Source: Candidatus Helarchaeota ASGARD archaeon Hel_GB_B (GTDB taxonomy: Archaea > Asgardarchaeota > Lokiarchaeia > Helarchaeales > HEL-GB-B). From it: a stretch of DNA of 32,000 nt. The stretch spans positions 31,371-63,370 of the forward strand of contig SUPR01000006.1 of the NCBI GenBank assembly GCA_005191425.1. The letters are read 5' to 3'. The notes under the pieces are model-generated. The model saw only the letters and a list, made by a program, of their open reading frames with translations, did no database searches and was not told the origin of the DNA. Within the stretch, counting starts at the first letter, position 1. Every line of letters starts with the position of its first letter. Shown here piece after piece: positions 1-9,230 of this stretch. The position numbers were made by a program, and so were the translations under genes.

Positions 1-178
1 GCATTAACCGTTGTGCAAATGCTCTTCCTATAAATCCAGATCTACCTGCTCCATAAATAAATATTTTTCTCGAATCATAAATATATTTTACAAACTCATT
101 AATATCATGTTCTACTATTTTATCTTTTATTTTATTAATATTATCTGCAATCTGTTCCATTGTTTGTTTAAATCGCAT
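1..178 (-). CDS. hxlB: 6-phospho-3-hexuloisomerase (SIS domain), 5' part; runs off the window edge
   Basis: Manual translation from the ATG at 178: MRFKQTMEQIADNINKIKDKIVEHDINEFVKYIYDSRKIFIYGAGRSGFIGRAFAQRLM. The IFIYGAGRSG...AFAQRLM motif is typical of PHI/HxlB. A GAGGT RBS lies at 189-185. Not in the ORF track. Confidence 0.88.
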   Translation of the reverse strand, partial: MRFKQTMEQIADNINKIKDKIVEHDINEFVKYIYDSRKIFIYGAGRSGFIGRAFAQRLM

Positions 179-342
179 CTAAATACCTCAATTTGATAAT
201 TTGATATAAATTAATCACCATAATTTTTAATAAAAATTATTTTGTTGAACGATATTACTTTAAATAGAATTTTATTATTTAAATTTCTGATTTTCAAATA
301 TTCTATAAAATATTTAAATTAAAATGTTTATTCTCATAAATA

Positions 343-915
343 ATGAATAATTTAAAATTTGGTGATTTGATCTTGACTTTGCCAATTATTAAAGAATGTA
401 AAGTTAATATTTTAAAAAGAATGTTATTTCTAGAAGAAAAATATAATGAGAAAGGTTATATTAGTCCATTTTCACATTATGAAGCGCTTCTTACAGCTTC
501 TAATATAGCCTTTTGGAAAATTGCCAAACGGGGAGTCATAACACCAGAGGATGTCAGGACAGCAATTTATCAGCTAGAGAAAGCTGGTTTAATAGAAATT
601 ATTTCGAGAAATAGTATTAAATTATTAGAGAATGGTCGGAAGGTTGCAAAACAGATAAGAAGTATGGCCGTTTCTGAAGTACCTGATAATTTATTAGAAG
701 GTAAAGTTGAAATAACTGAGGAATCCAATAGAATTCAATCAAATAATAAATTGATATGTCCACATTGTGGCAAATTAAACATGCCCAGTTCAAAATTTTG
801 TGCATTCTGCGGTAAAAAGTTAAAAAAGAAAAATGAATTTTTTTGCCCATATTGTAAAGAAAAAATTGTTGGAAACGTAAAATTCTGTCCAAATTGTGGG
901 GCCAGTTTAGATTAA
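343..915 (+). CDS. Winged-helix-like domain plus C-terminal double zinc ribbon (DZR) protein
   Basis: The C-terminus has CPHC..CAFC and CPYC..CPNC (8 Cys, DZR spacing). The segment VRTAIYQLEKAGLIEIISRNSIKLLENG resembles a wHTH recognition helix and wing. Confidence 0.7.
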   Translation: MNNLKFGDLILTLPIIKECKVNILKRMLFLEEKYNEKGYISPFSHYEALLTASNIAFWKIAKRGVITPEDVRTAIYQLEKAGLIEIISRNSIKLLENGRKVAKQIRSMAVSEVPDNLLEGKVEITEESNRIQSNNKLICPHCGKLNMPSSKFCAFCGKKLKKKNEFFCPYCKEKIVGNVKFCPNCGASLD

Positions 916-1061
916 ATTATTCTTTTTATTATTAAAAAAATATTTGATTTATTGGTTTCTTATTTATTTAATTTCTTTTTAACTATTAACAAAAAACAAC
1001 TAAAATAGGTAATAAATGTCTAATTTTTTTCCATATCAAGTCTTAAGAAAAAGGATATAGA

Positions 1062-1289
1062 TTAAAATGATTTAATTTTAACTGCTATGAATGTTATTAT
1101 CCATGAAATTAACCCTAAACACCAACTTGACCAAACAAGGATTTGGTTATAGTTATGGATTAACTGTGAAATTTCCGTAGGTAAAGTCCCTATAATATCC
1201 AAAAATCCAATAATACCTAAGAATATACCAATAAGCATTATAAACAAAGAAATTATTAATGCTAATTTACTTGGAGGTGTCCAGACCAA
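1062..1289 (-). CDS. Small membrane protein, 2 predicted TM helices
   Basis: 75 aa with two long hydrophobic segments; TTG start preceded by a GGTGA RBS-like motif. Confidence 0.6.
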   Translation of the reverse strand: MVWTPPSKLALIISLFIMLIGIFLGIIGFLDIIGTLPTEISQLIHNYNQILVWSSWCLGLISWIITFIAVKIKSF

Positions 1290-1469
1290 TTAATTCACCT
1301 AAAATTTAAGATTTTAAACGATTTTTTGTTTATCAATTATAAATTAACAAAATTAATTATAAATAATTTTAATATCTATGTTAAGGAAAGTTTTATGTAA
1401 AAATTTTGAAATTAATAATGATGAATGATTGAAAAATATTAATAATTTAATTTCAATTAGTAAATAAAA

Positions 1470-2783
1470 TTAAGAATTCAAATAAGAATTGAAATTTAGA
1501 ATCAAGTTATAATTTTTCCCATTTTTTGCAATTATTATATTAGAATCTTTAATTATTTGTGAAAGAATTTTTCCTTGAAATAAACGAATAATTTTATCAT
1601 TAAATTTAGACCAATGTGGTATACCATTCCAAATAACATTGATTGGTAGGTCTTGAGGATTTTTTTCTTTTAGAAAAAGTTCTATTCGTTCATTTAATGC
1701 AACCCAAAATTGTATTAAGTCGGATTTAACGGTAGTATTTTCATCGATTTTCCAATTCCTTCTTTTGAATCCCCCTAGCGCTAATCGCATTAATATAGGG
1801 AGTCCATAGGTCAATTGAACTCTAACAGTGTTTTTAAAATATTTTTTCTTAATATCATTCCAATTCTTCTCAGAAACTTTAATCCCACTATATTGTTCGA
1901 ATGCACGCCAAATTTTATGGATAAAGAAGTCTTTGGAATATTTGGCATTAATTTTATAATATTGAAAAATTCTAATAGCGCTAGATAATCTCCAATCAAT
2001 TCTATTAAAAGTTAATTCGTCCATTAAAGAATCAAATTTATAAGGGTCGTCCTTAAGCATTAATAATCTATAAAAAATATCCCTTAACTCAAGATATTGT
2101 ATGATATTATTTTCATTTACGACTCCATAAAAATAACCATAAATATCAAGTGTGGCAAAAATTACCAATAAATCTAGATATAAATTTAATAATTGGATAT
2201 TATTATTAATGAGCGAGGTTTCTGCATCATTTACAAAATTTTTCAGATACCATAATGATGATTCACCGTTATAAATAGTCCCCATCATTAAATGATATTC
2301 GATCACTTTGATTACAATTAATTTTTCTTGAAACGATAAATTATAATTATCAAGTAATTTATATTTTTTAACAATTGAAGCGCTTTTTTCAGGGTGGAAT
2401 TTCCTGTCAAATGGTTTACCAATATCATGGAACAACAAAATACAAGGAATTAATTCTTTATTAATATTATTTACCTTACTTATTAAATTGCAGATTTTTT
2501 GAAAAATTTCAATTTTTAAATTTCCAGGAGGATTAAATTTTCCGTTTAATATTTGAAAATAGATTACTATTATTCTGAAAATATGTCTTATAGTTCTTTT
2601 AAATTCAGATTCATCGTGACAAAGAGCACAATCAAATATTCTTTTAATTTTTGGGTCAATTGAGCATATTTCTCTATATATTTCAGTTTTAATTATATCT
2701 ACTCTATTATCATCAATTAATTTTAAAATATCTTGCTCGAATATTGATTTAATTTTTTCATACATCTTAAATTCGATCCACAA
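1470..2783 (-). CDS. HD-domain metal-dependent phosphohydrolase with an uncharacterised C-terminal region
   Basis: Motif series RTIRHIF, LFHDIGK, FHPEKSA, IEYHL, TLDIYG fits H..HD..H..H..D. The true start may be the ATG at 2765 (MYEK). Confidence 0.7.
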   Translation of the reverse strand: MWIEFKMYEKIKSIFEQDILKLIDDNRVDIIKTEIYREICSIDPKIKRIFDCALCHDESEFKRTIRHIFRIIVIYFQILNGKFNPPGNLKIEIFQKICNLISKVNNINKELIPCILLFHDIGKPFDRKFHPEKSASIVKKYKLLDNYNLSFQEKLIVIKVIEYHLMMGTIYNGESSLWYLKNFVNDAETSLINNNIQLLNLYLDLLVIFATLDIYGYFYGVVNENNIIQYLELRDIFYRLLMLKDDPYKFDSLMDELTFNRIDWRLSSAIRIFQYYKINAKYSKDFFIHKIWRAFEQYSGIKVSEKNWNDIKKKYFKNTVRVQLTYGLPILMRLALGGFKRRNWKIDENTTVKSDLIQFWVALNERIELFLKEKNPQDLPINVIWNGIPHWSKFNDKIIRLFQGKILSQIIKDSNIIIAKNGKNYNLILNFNSYLNS

Positions 2784-2919
2784 ATTTTTGAAATCTTTTA
2801 ATTATATTTTTCAGATTAGAATTTTAAATTTAATTTTACATCAAATGTAAAAGAATTGATAGAAAATAAGAAAAATACTATACAAAAGATAAAAAGATTT
2901 TTAATTGATCTTATAATTT

Positions 2920-3090
2920 GTGTTTGAAGAATATGATTTAAATGAATTAGAAACTTTAAAAAGGCTGATGATAAAAAATAATTTAGATACTACAATTTTA
3001 GATAAGTACATTGAAAAAAGGACAGGAAAATCCTCAAAATCTAAGTCAAAAACTGAGAACATTTTATCACCAGTTATAAAAGAGCATTAA
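2920..3090 (+). CDS. Candidate 56-aa small protein (not in ORF track)
   Basis: GTG at 2920 to TAA at 3088-3090: MFEEYDLNELETLKRLMIKNNLDTTILDKYIEKRTGKSSKSKSKTENILSPVIKEH. It fills the gap between two minus-strand genes and overlaps the convergent gene end by 17 bp. No clear RBS. Confidence 0.35.
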   Translation: MFEEYDLNELETLKRLMIKNNLDTTILDKYIEKRTGKSSKSKSKTENILSPVIKEH

Positions 3091-4228
3091 ATTCATTATC
3101 ATTAAGATTTTTAATTAACTCTTGAGCAAGATCTCTGTCAATTTCGACTAATTTTTTTAGTTTGGTTTTAGCAATGAATTTAATTTTTCCTTCGATCGAA
3201 TGAGTTTTATCGAAATTATATTGGACTTCAATATTTGGATAATTGGAATTAATAACATTAATAGTTTTGATTAAATTATACACTTTTGAATATTTTTTTA
3301 TAAAATTTTCAGTTTTATTTTCAGTAATTTTATTAATATCATAAAAGAACATGAATTGTCTGTCCCTAGAAATCCTTTGTGACAAATAAAAATCTAAATT
3401 AAAAATTATATTGATAATTTTCTTTAAATTAACATTTTTTGGGAGCGTTATTCTTATGCTAAATGGGTCTAAAATTACATGTTTATAATATATATTAAAA
3501 ATAAATATAATTCTTGCAAACTTTTTCAAAACAGTAGTATTTGAAACAATCAAATGGAGAAAATATTCCATTTCAATTCCAATTTCTTCATTAAAATCTT
3601 GAATAATTACTTTTGGTGCTCCGATTAATAAAAAAGGATTTTTTCTCAAAAACATCTCACAATTAAAACAATATTTTCCTTTAGCTCTATTAATGCAAAT
3701 TTCATTATAACACCGAGAATGAATTCCAACATGTACCAGCATAACGAATAGATTAATTAAGAATACAATATAAATGAAAATAAGAAGAGAAAAACTTACT
3801 GTAATTATTATACCAAGAAAAGTTTTGGAAAAAATATATGAAAATGTTAAAAAAGAAATCATTGCGATCAAATAAAAAAATTGGAATTTGGTGTTGTTAT
3901 ATTTATAAAAACCTGGCCATATCCCATAGATAGTCCTAGAAATTGGATATTTTGTTAAATAGTCTATTTTATATATTTCGAATTTAATTATTTCATAAGA
4001 GAATATAGGAGGAATTTCAAAATAAATTTTTTTATTCTCAACATAAAAACTATAATCTTTTGCATTGAAATTAATATAAAATTCGAAATTTTTAAGTGTT
4101 GCACTATCATCAATTAATTTTTTAATATAATGTGCAATAACTTTTTCCCTATCTACGAGAGAGTCAAAATCAGTGCATTTTTTAAAATTTTGCATGCACA
4201 GTTGATTATTATTTGAATTAGTTTCCAC
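3074..4228 (-). CDS. Hypothetical membrane protein with TM hairpin and putative Zn-binding motif
   Basis: 384 aa; two adjacent hydrophobic helices followed by HVGIHSRCYNEICINRAKGKYCFNC. Confidence 0.6.
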   Translation of the reverse strand: METNSNNNQLCMQNFKKCTDFDSLVDREKVIAHYIKKLIDDSATLKNFEFYINFNAKDYSFYVENKKIYFEIPPIFSYEIIKFEIYKIDYLTKYPISRTIYGIWPGFYKYNNTKFQFFYLIAMISFLTFSYIFSKTFLGIIITVSFSLLIFIYIVFLINLFVMLVHVGIHSRCYNEICINRAKGKYCFNCEMFLRKNPFLLIGAPKVIIQDFNEEIGIEMEYFLHLIVSNTTVLKKFARIIFIFNIYYKHVILDPFSIRITLPKNVNLKKIINIIFNLDFYLSQRISRDRQFMFFYDINKITENKTENFIKKYSKVYNLIKTINVINSNYPNIEVQYNFDKTHSIEGKIKFIAKTKLKKLVEIDRDLAQELIKNLNDNEFNALL

Positions 4229-4378
4229 GAATTACTAAATAAATTAAGGATTTAAATACTCTTCGGAATATGTAAAAGAAATCAAAATTAAAATGAAAAA
4301 AAATAAATAATTTAATAAAATGCATTTTTATTCTAATAAATTTACCTTTTTTAATTGAAAAAAACTACTATAAGGTTA

Positions 4379-4762
4379 TTAATGGTTCATCATTGCGAGA
4401 ATAGAACCTATTAAATTTAGAAAATAGCCCCATAAATAAATATAAAAGTCCCATGAACTATACCATGGAATATACCAAATATTAAAAACAAGAAAAAAAG
4501 TAATAGAGCCAATTATTATATTTTCTACAAAATTTAATAATCCTGCAGGTTTATTTGCTCTATGAATTGCAGCGATGCCTGCAAAAAAGACAAATCCTTT
4601 AGCAACAAAAAGCCAGATTAAGCGCCATAAAATTTCCCAGTTATAAAAGGTGAAATAATTATAAAATTTAGTTATAAAAATTATAGTGATAATTAGACCG
4701 CCCAATATAATTAAATAGCCACCTAACTTTCCTTTCGGTAAATCTGCTTCCATATTAAACAT
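4379..4762 (-). CDS. Small multi-pass membrane protein (about 4 TM)
   Basis: 127 aa, predominantly hydrophobic and aromatic. Confidence 0.6.
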   Translation of the reverse strand: MFNMEADLPKGKLGGYLIILGGLIITIIFITKFYNYFTFYNWEILWRLIWLFVAKGFVFFAGIAAIHRANKPAGLLNFVENIIIGSITFFLVFNIWYIPWYSSWDFYIYLWGYFLNLIGSILAMMNH

Positions 4763-4962
4763 CCTAAAGAAATGGTTGTAATTGAAAATATGTAAAAGTT
4801 TAAAAATTTGAATCTTTTGATCTTTATTTTACAAGTGGAGAATTTGTTTCAGAATGTTAATAGATCAGAAATTTTAGAGTATCAATTGATCTATATTTAA
4901 TGTGTAAGATATTGACCATCAAAAAATTATGAGTTAAATTAAATTCCTTGAAAATATTTATC

Positions 4963-6327
4963 TTAAAATTCTTTACATAATTGGTAATAAAATTCTGCAC
5001 CTAATTTCAGGTTATTAACGCTTATACGTTCATTTTTCCCGTGAGCAAGTTTACTCATCTCTTCAAAAGGTATATCTACGATCATTGGATGAAAACCATA
5101 AGCGATACATCCTTTCCATCTAAAATATCTATTATCAGTTGTGCCAGGTACCATGTAGGGTAGAATTTTAGCTTGTGGATCAATACTTGCCATAATTTTT
5201 TCAATTATACTGTAAAATTCATTATTAATTTCACTTGCGCTCCCTTCATCCCAATGTATCGGAGTAATCTCTATCATTGAATAATACTTCTCCCCTAAAA
5301 TCTTTTTTAGCTGATTTAACAAATTATCAGCAGTATCTCCCGGCAATAACCTACAATCTAATTCACAAACAGCTTCATCTGGAACAATATTCGTTTTTTT
5401 GCCAGCATGACAAATTGTTGGTGTGATATTCATCTTAATTAATGGTTCAATAAATGACTTAACGCCAGGATATTTTTTTGATAATAAATTAATAATTATC
5501 TTTAAAAACACCCTGTTTTTTAAAAGTCCTTTTAAAAGAAAATTAACGTCTAAATTATCGACCATAATTTTATAATTTGAAGTAATCTGAATTGGAATAT
5601 TATATTTATAAATTTTTGTTATGATCTCTGCCATTTTAGCCAATGCATTATCTCCTGTACCTGGAATTGAGCCATGAGTTGCTACCCCTTTAACTTTAAT
5701 TTTTGTCCAAAATGGCCCTTTTTCAGCGACTTGTAATGTATACTTCTGAAATTGTTTAATTGGTAATTTAAATCCACCACCTTCTCCCAAAACATATTGA
5801 GCTTTGATTTTTTCCCAATGATTATCGACCATAAATTTTGCGCCATAGACCCCACCTTTTTCTTCGTCCGCTACAGATAAGAATTTTATTGTCCTATTTG
5901 GCTTTAGACCTAAGCGTTTCATAGCAATTATAGCGAAAATTTGTGCAGTACAAGTCCCTTTCATGTCTAAAGCTCCGCGTCCCCAGATTTCATTATTAAT
6001 TAACTCTCCCCCAAAAGGGTCATGTTCCCAATTTTCTTTATTTGCTGGTACTACATCCAAATGGTTTATTAGCAATAACTTAGGAAGAGAATCATTTTTA
6101 CCCTCTAATGATGTTAATAAATTACCTCTATCTTGATCTGACTCGAAAATTTCGCATTCAAAACCCTCTTTTGTTAATAGTTCATAAAAATAATTAGCCG
6201 CTTTTATTTCATTTCCTGGAGGATTTGAAGTATTAATCCGAATTAATTCTTGAAGGATTTTTATAATTTCTTTTTCATTATCTTTATTATTTTCAAATAG
6301 TTCAAGTTTAAAGTCCAATATTATCAC
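4963..6327 (-). CDS. M20/M25/M40 family metallo-hydrolase (aminoacylase/PM20D1-like subgroup)
   Basis: Metal-ligand motifs NHLDVVPA, GRGALDMKG, ADEEKGG, GEGG and AHGKNERI; dimerisation-domain motifs THGSIP and KTNIVP. Confidence 0.92.
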   Translation of the reverse strand: MIILDFKLELFENNKDNEKEIIKILQELIRINTSNPPGNEIKAANYFYELLTKEGFECEIFESDQDRGNLLTSLEGKNDSLPKLLLINHLDVVPANKENWEHDPFGGELINNEIWGRGALDMKGTCTAQIFAIIAMKRLGLKPNRTIKFLSVADEEKGGVYGAKFMVDNHWEKIKAQYVLGEGGGFKLPIKQFQKYTLQVAEKGPFWTKIKVKGVATHGSIPGTGDNALAKMAEIITKIYKYNIPIQITSNYKIMVDNLDVNFLLKGLLKNRVFLKIIINLLSKKYPGVKSFIEPLIKMNITPTICHAGKKTNIVPDEAVCELDCRLLPGDTADNLLNQLKKILGEKYYSMIEITPIHWDEGSASEINNEFYSIIEKIMASIDPQAKILPYMVPGTTDNRYFRWKGCIAYGFHPMIVDIPFEEMSKLAHGKNERISVNNLKLGAEFYYQLCKEF

Positions 6328-6353
6328 TTTAAATTTTATCAGAAATCATTGTA

Positions 6354-7853
6354 TCATATTTTAGATTCCATTTTTAAAATACTTTGTTTCCATTTATTAT
6401 AATTCCATAAATTTGCCATAATTTTTGCGCCTTCAGCTGGATAAAAAACTGGAATTCCATATTCTCTTGCAAGTGTAACTCCATCATCTATAGGTCTATC
6501 ATTATATCCAGTCATTATAACGGGTATTTGATATTTTTTAATCATTCGTCTAAGGGCTCTAAAATTTTGATGATAAAGTTCACTCATTCCTGATTCCATT
6601 TCTTTTAGAGAATCACTTTTAAATAAATCATCTCCTTTTAGATGGTCAGGCATATCTTCCATTACTTTTACCCAAAAATTAGTTGAAAATATTCCATAAA
6701 ATATAATTGCATCTACTTCTCCAGATTCTAATAATGTTTTAGGTATATTTTTAAAAAAATTTGACCAATCAGTATCAAAAGTTATATCAACTGGATTTTT
6801 AGAAGAGCCAGTAACGGGTAAATATTTATTTTTAATAATTTCCTGGGTTTTTTCAGATAATAAAGGAACTTTTAACCCATATTTTTCACAAAGATCCGCA
6901 ATTAAAGTACCGGGACCACCACCAATTGTAACCACCCCAACTCGCGGTCCTTTTGGTAATGGAACAGCAGACATTGCATATAATGTATTTAACCATTCAA
7001 TTGTATTTTCAACTTGAATAATTCCTGTTTGGTGGCAGATATGTGAAAATAAATTTGAAGGCGTTGAAATTGCTGCAGTATGAGACAAGGCAGCCCTTTT
7101 ACCAGCTTCACTCTGACCGATTTCAATTGCTACAATTGGCTTCTTTAATGCCACTCGCTTTGCTACTTCTATGAATTTCTTACCTCTGCGAATACCTTCT
7201 ATATATAACCCAATAAATTTTGTTTCGGGATCGTCTTCAAGAGCTTCTAAACAGTCGGTCAAATCGGTGGTTAAACAATTCCCTACCGAAATAACTCTAG
7301 CTAATCGAAATGGAATTTGTTTAATGCCTAATAATATGTGAGCCGCAACACTCCCTGATTGACTAATTATTGAAATATTACCAGGTGGATGATAAATCGG
7401 CATGGGGGACATATAAATTTTGGATTTAGGTACAATCAATCCAATGCAGTTTGGCCCTAACATCGTAATATTATATTTTTCTACTATATTTTTGAGTTTT
7501 CTACTAATCTCATAATTTCCGATCTCATCAGCTCCCGCGGATACAACAATTACATTTTTAACTCCTTTTTTACCTATTTCTTCCATTATTTTATCAGCTA
7601 GCACTTTTATGGGTGCTACATAACACACCATATCAACTTCATCAGGTATATCTAATATTGATTTATATGCCTTAAGTCCCATTATAGTATCATATTTTGG
7701 ATGGATAGGATAGATTTTTCCCTTATATCCACCTATAATTAAATTAATAGTATTAAAACTACCGAACCTCATGAATGATTTCGAAGCGCCATAAACAGCA
7801 ATTGATTTAGGTTTAAAAAATTTCTCAAATTTTTCAAATTTTGAAATTGTCAT
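6354..7853 (-). CDS. Acyl-CoA synthetase (NDP-forming), alpha-subunit-like CoA-binding protein
   Basis: FFKPKSIAVYGAS, GPNCIG, ISQSG, phospho-His motif AALSHTAA, GGGPG and NPVD. No ATP-grasp domain. Confidence 0.88.
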   Translation of the reverse strand: MTISKFEKFEKFFKPKSIAVYGASKSFMRFGSFNTINLIIGGYKGKIYPIHPKYDTIMGLKAYKSILDIPDEVDMVCYVAPIKVLADKIMEEIGKKGVKNVIVVSAGADEIGNYEISRKLKNIVEKYNITMLGPNCIGLIVPKSKIYMSPMPIYHPPGNISIISQSGSVAAHILLGIKQIPFRLARVISVGNCLTTDLTDCLEALEDDPETKFIGLYIEGIRRGKKFIEVAKRVALKKPIVAIEIGQSEAGKRAALSHTAAISTPSNLFSHICHQTGIIQVENTIEWLNTLYAMSAVPLPKGPRVGVVTIGGGPGTLIADLCEKYGLKVPLLSEKTQEIIKNKYLPVTGSSKNPVDITFDTDWSNFFKNIPKTLLESGEVDAIIFYGIFSTNFWVKVMEDMPDHLKGDDLFKSDSLKEMESGMSELYHQNFRALRRMIKKYQIPVIMTGYNDRPIDDGVTLAREYGIPVFYPAEGAKIMANLWNYNKWKQSILKMESKI

Positions 7854-8264
7854 TTTTCTAGAATATAAATTTAAAAATCCAATAAAAATTTTTTATAAAA
7901 TAAAATATTTTGTTATTTGAAATAAATTAAAACTTTAAATTTAGCCAAAAATTAAAAATTATAAAAGATTTACAAATTATTTTATTCTAATTCAGTTTAT
8001 TTCTTATATAAGATAATAATATACAATATTCAAATTAAATTTATTTCGGTCTCCAACCTTTAATAAAATAAATTCTGTATCGCATATCAATATAGACCAA
8101 TGAAAATAAATTCTTAGCAAATGAATTAAAGTCAATATAAGGAATAAAAAACAAATAAATTAATATCTTGCCCTTTTATTATTCAATTTTATTATTTTTT
8201 TAATCAAAAATGAATCTACATATTTAAATAAAATAGTTGATCATTAAATATTAAGGTGTAATCT

Positions 8265-9041
8265 TTGTTTAAAAAAATTGAATTGGTACAAGAAGAATTA
8301 AAAAAATTGATTAAATTGGCAATTTCAGTTTCTCCAATTGATCTAGGTAGGTTTACTGTTAATACTTTAAAAAATATTTTTTTTGAAGTAAAAGAAGAGT
8401 TGGGTTTGAATTTCGATGATGTTAGAATACATCCTGCAGCCCAACCTCGTGAAAGTTCTGATGTAGAATTTATTAAAGATGATATAATAATACAAAAGTT
8501 AAATGTAAAAACAGCTGTTACAGGAAATTTAAGAAATACTATTCGTAATTTAATACGAAGTTTACGGGCAAATGAATCAGGGGCAATCATTTTTTCAGTA
8601 ATCTTTTTTAAAGAAGAAAATATGAAGAATCCCGATGTAAAATTAGTAATTGTGATATTACCTGAAAAAATTTTTAATTTATATGGCCCACTCTCCATTG
8701 AAGATGCAATAAAATCAAAATTAGAACTCAAATTGGAAAAAGAAGGTTATAAAAAATATGAAATTTTTGCTTTGAATGAAGCAATAGCATTAGAACGTTT
8801 GAAAATTGCAGTTATTGCGTTAGAAAATTCCGAAGCTTCATTAAAAGAAGCTGCAGAAGCCAGAAAAGAAGCTGCAGAAGCCAAAAAAGAAGCTGCAGAA
8901 GCCAAAAAAGAAGCTGCAGAAGCCAGAAAAGAAACTATTAAAGCTAATAAAAATATCGAAGAAATTATGAAAGAACTTCAAATTATTAAAGAATTTATGA
9001 ATGATATTTCCAGCTTTATGAATAAATTCGGGAAAAAATAA
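8265..9041 (+). CDS. Hypothetical protein with C-terminal tandem heptad coiled coil
   Basis: 258 aa; TTG start with AAGGTG RBS at 8253-8258; (KEAAEA[R/K])x4 near the C-terminus. Confidence 0.75.
   Translation: MFKKIELVQEELKKLIKLAISVSPIDLGRFTVNTLKNIFFEVKEELGLNFDDVRIHPAAQPRESSDVEFIKDDIIIQKLNVKTAVTGNLRNTIRNLIRSLRANESGAIIFSVIFFKEENMKNPDVKLVIVILPEKIFNLYGPLSIEDAIKSKLELKLEKEGYKKYEIFALNEAIALERLKIAVIALENSEASLKEAAEARKEAAEAKKEAAEAKKEAAEARKETIKANKNIEEIMKELQIIKEFMNDISSFMNKFGKK
8844..8933 (+). repeat. In-frame 21-bp tandem repeat, about 4.3 copies
   Basis: Unit AAAGAAGCTGCAGAAGCCA(G/A)A at 8844, 8865, 8886 and 8907, plus partial AAAGAA at 8928. Only one position varies (R,K,K,R). Confidence 0.95.
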
Positions 9042-9230
9042 TAAATATAAAAAATTCCGTCTTTTTACAGATACTGTTGCTGAAATAAAGTAAAGTTTTT
9101 AAATAAAGATATTTCAACTTAAATGAAAATTAAGAAGTAATTAAAAAAACAATTTATAAAAGTTATTAAAATATTTTTAGATTGTTAACATTTTATTTAG
9201 AATATATTTTAATTAGAATATATTTTAAAT

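Noticed and set aside
11-196. 61-aa + strand ORF in the track
   Set aside because: Antisense shadow of the hxlB N-terminus, which has a recognisable motif and an RBS on the minus strand.
8844-8933. CRISPR array
   Set aside because: Contiguous in-frame coding repeats without spacers; no cas genes.
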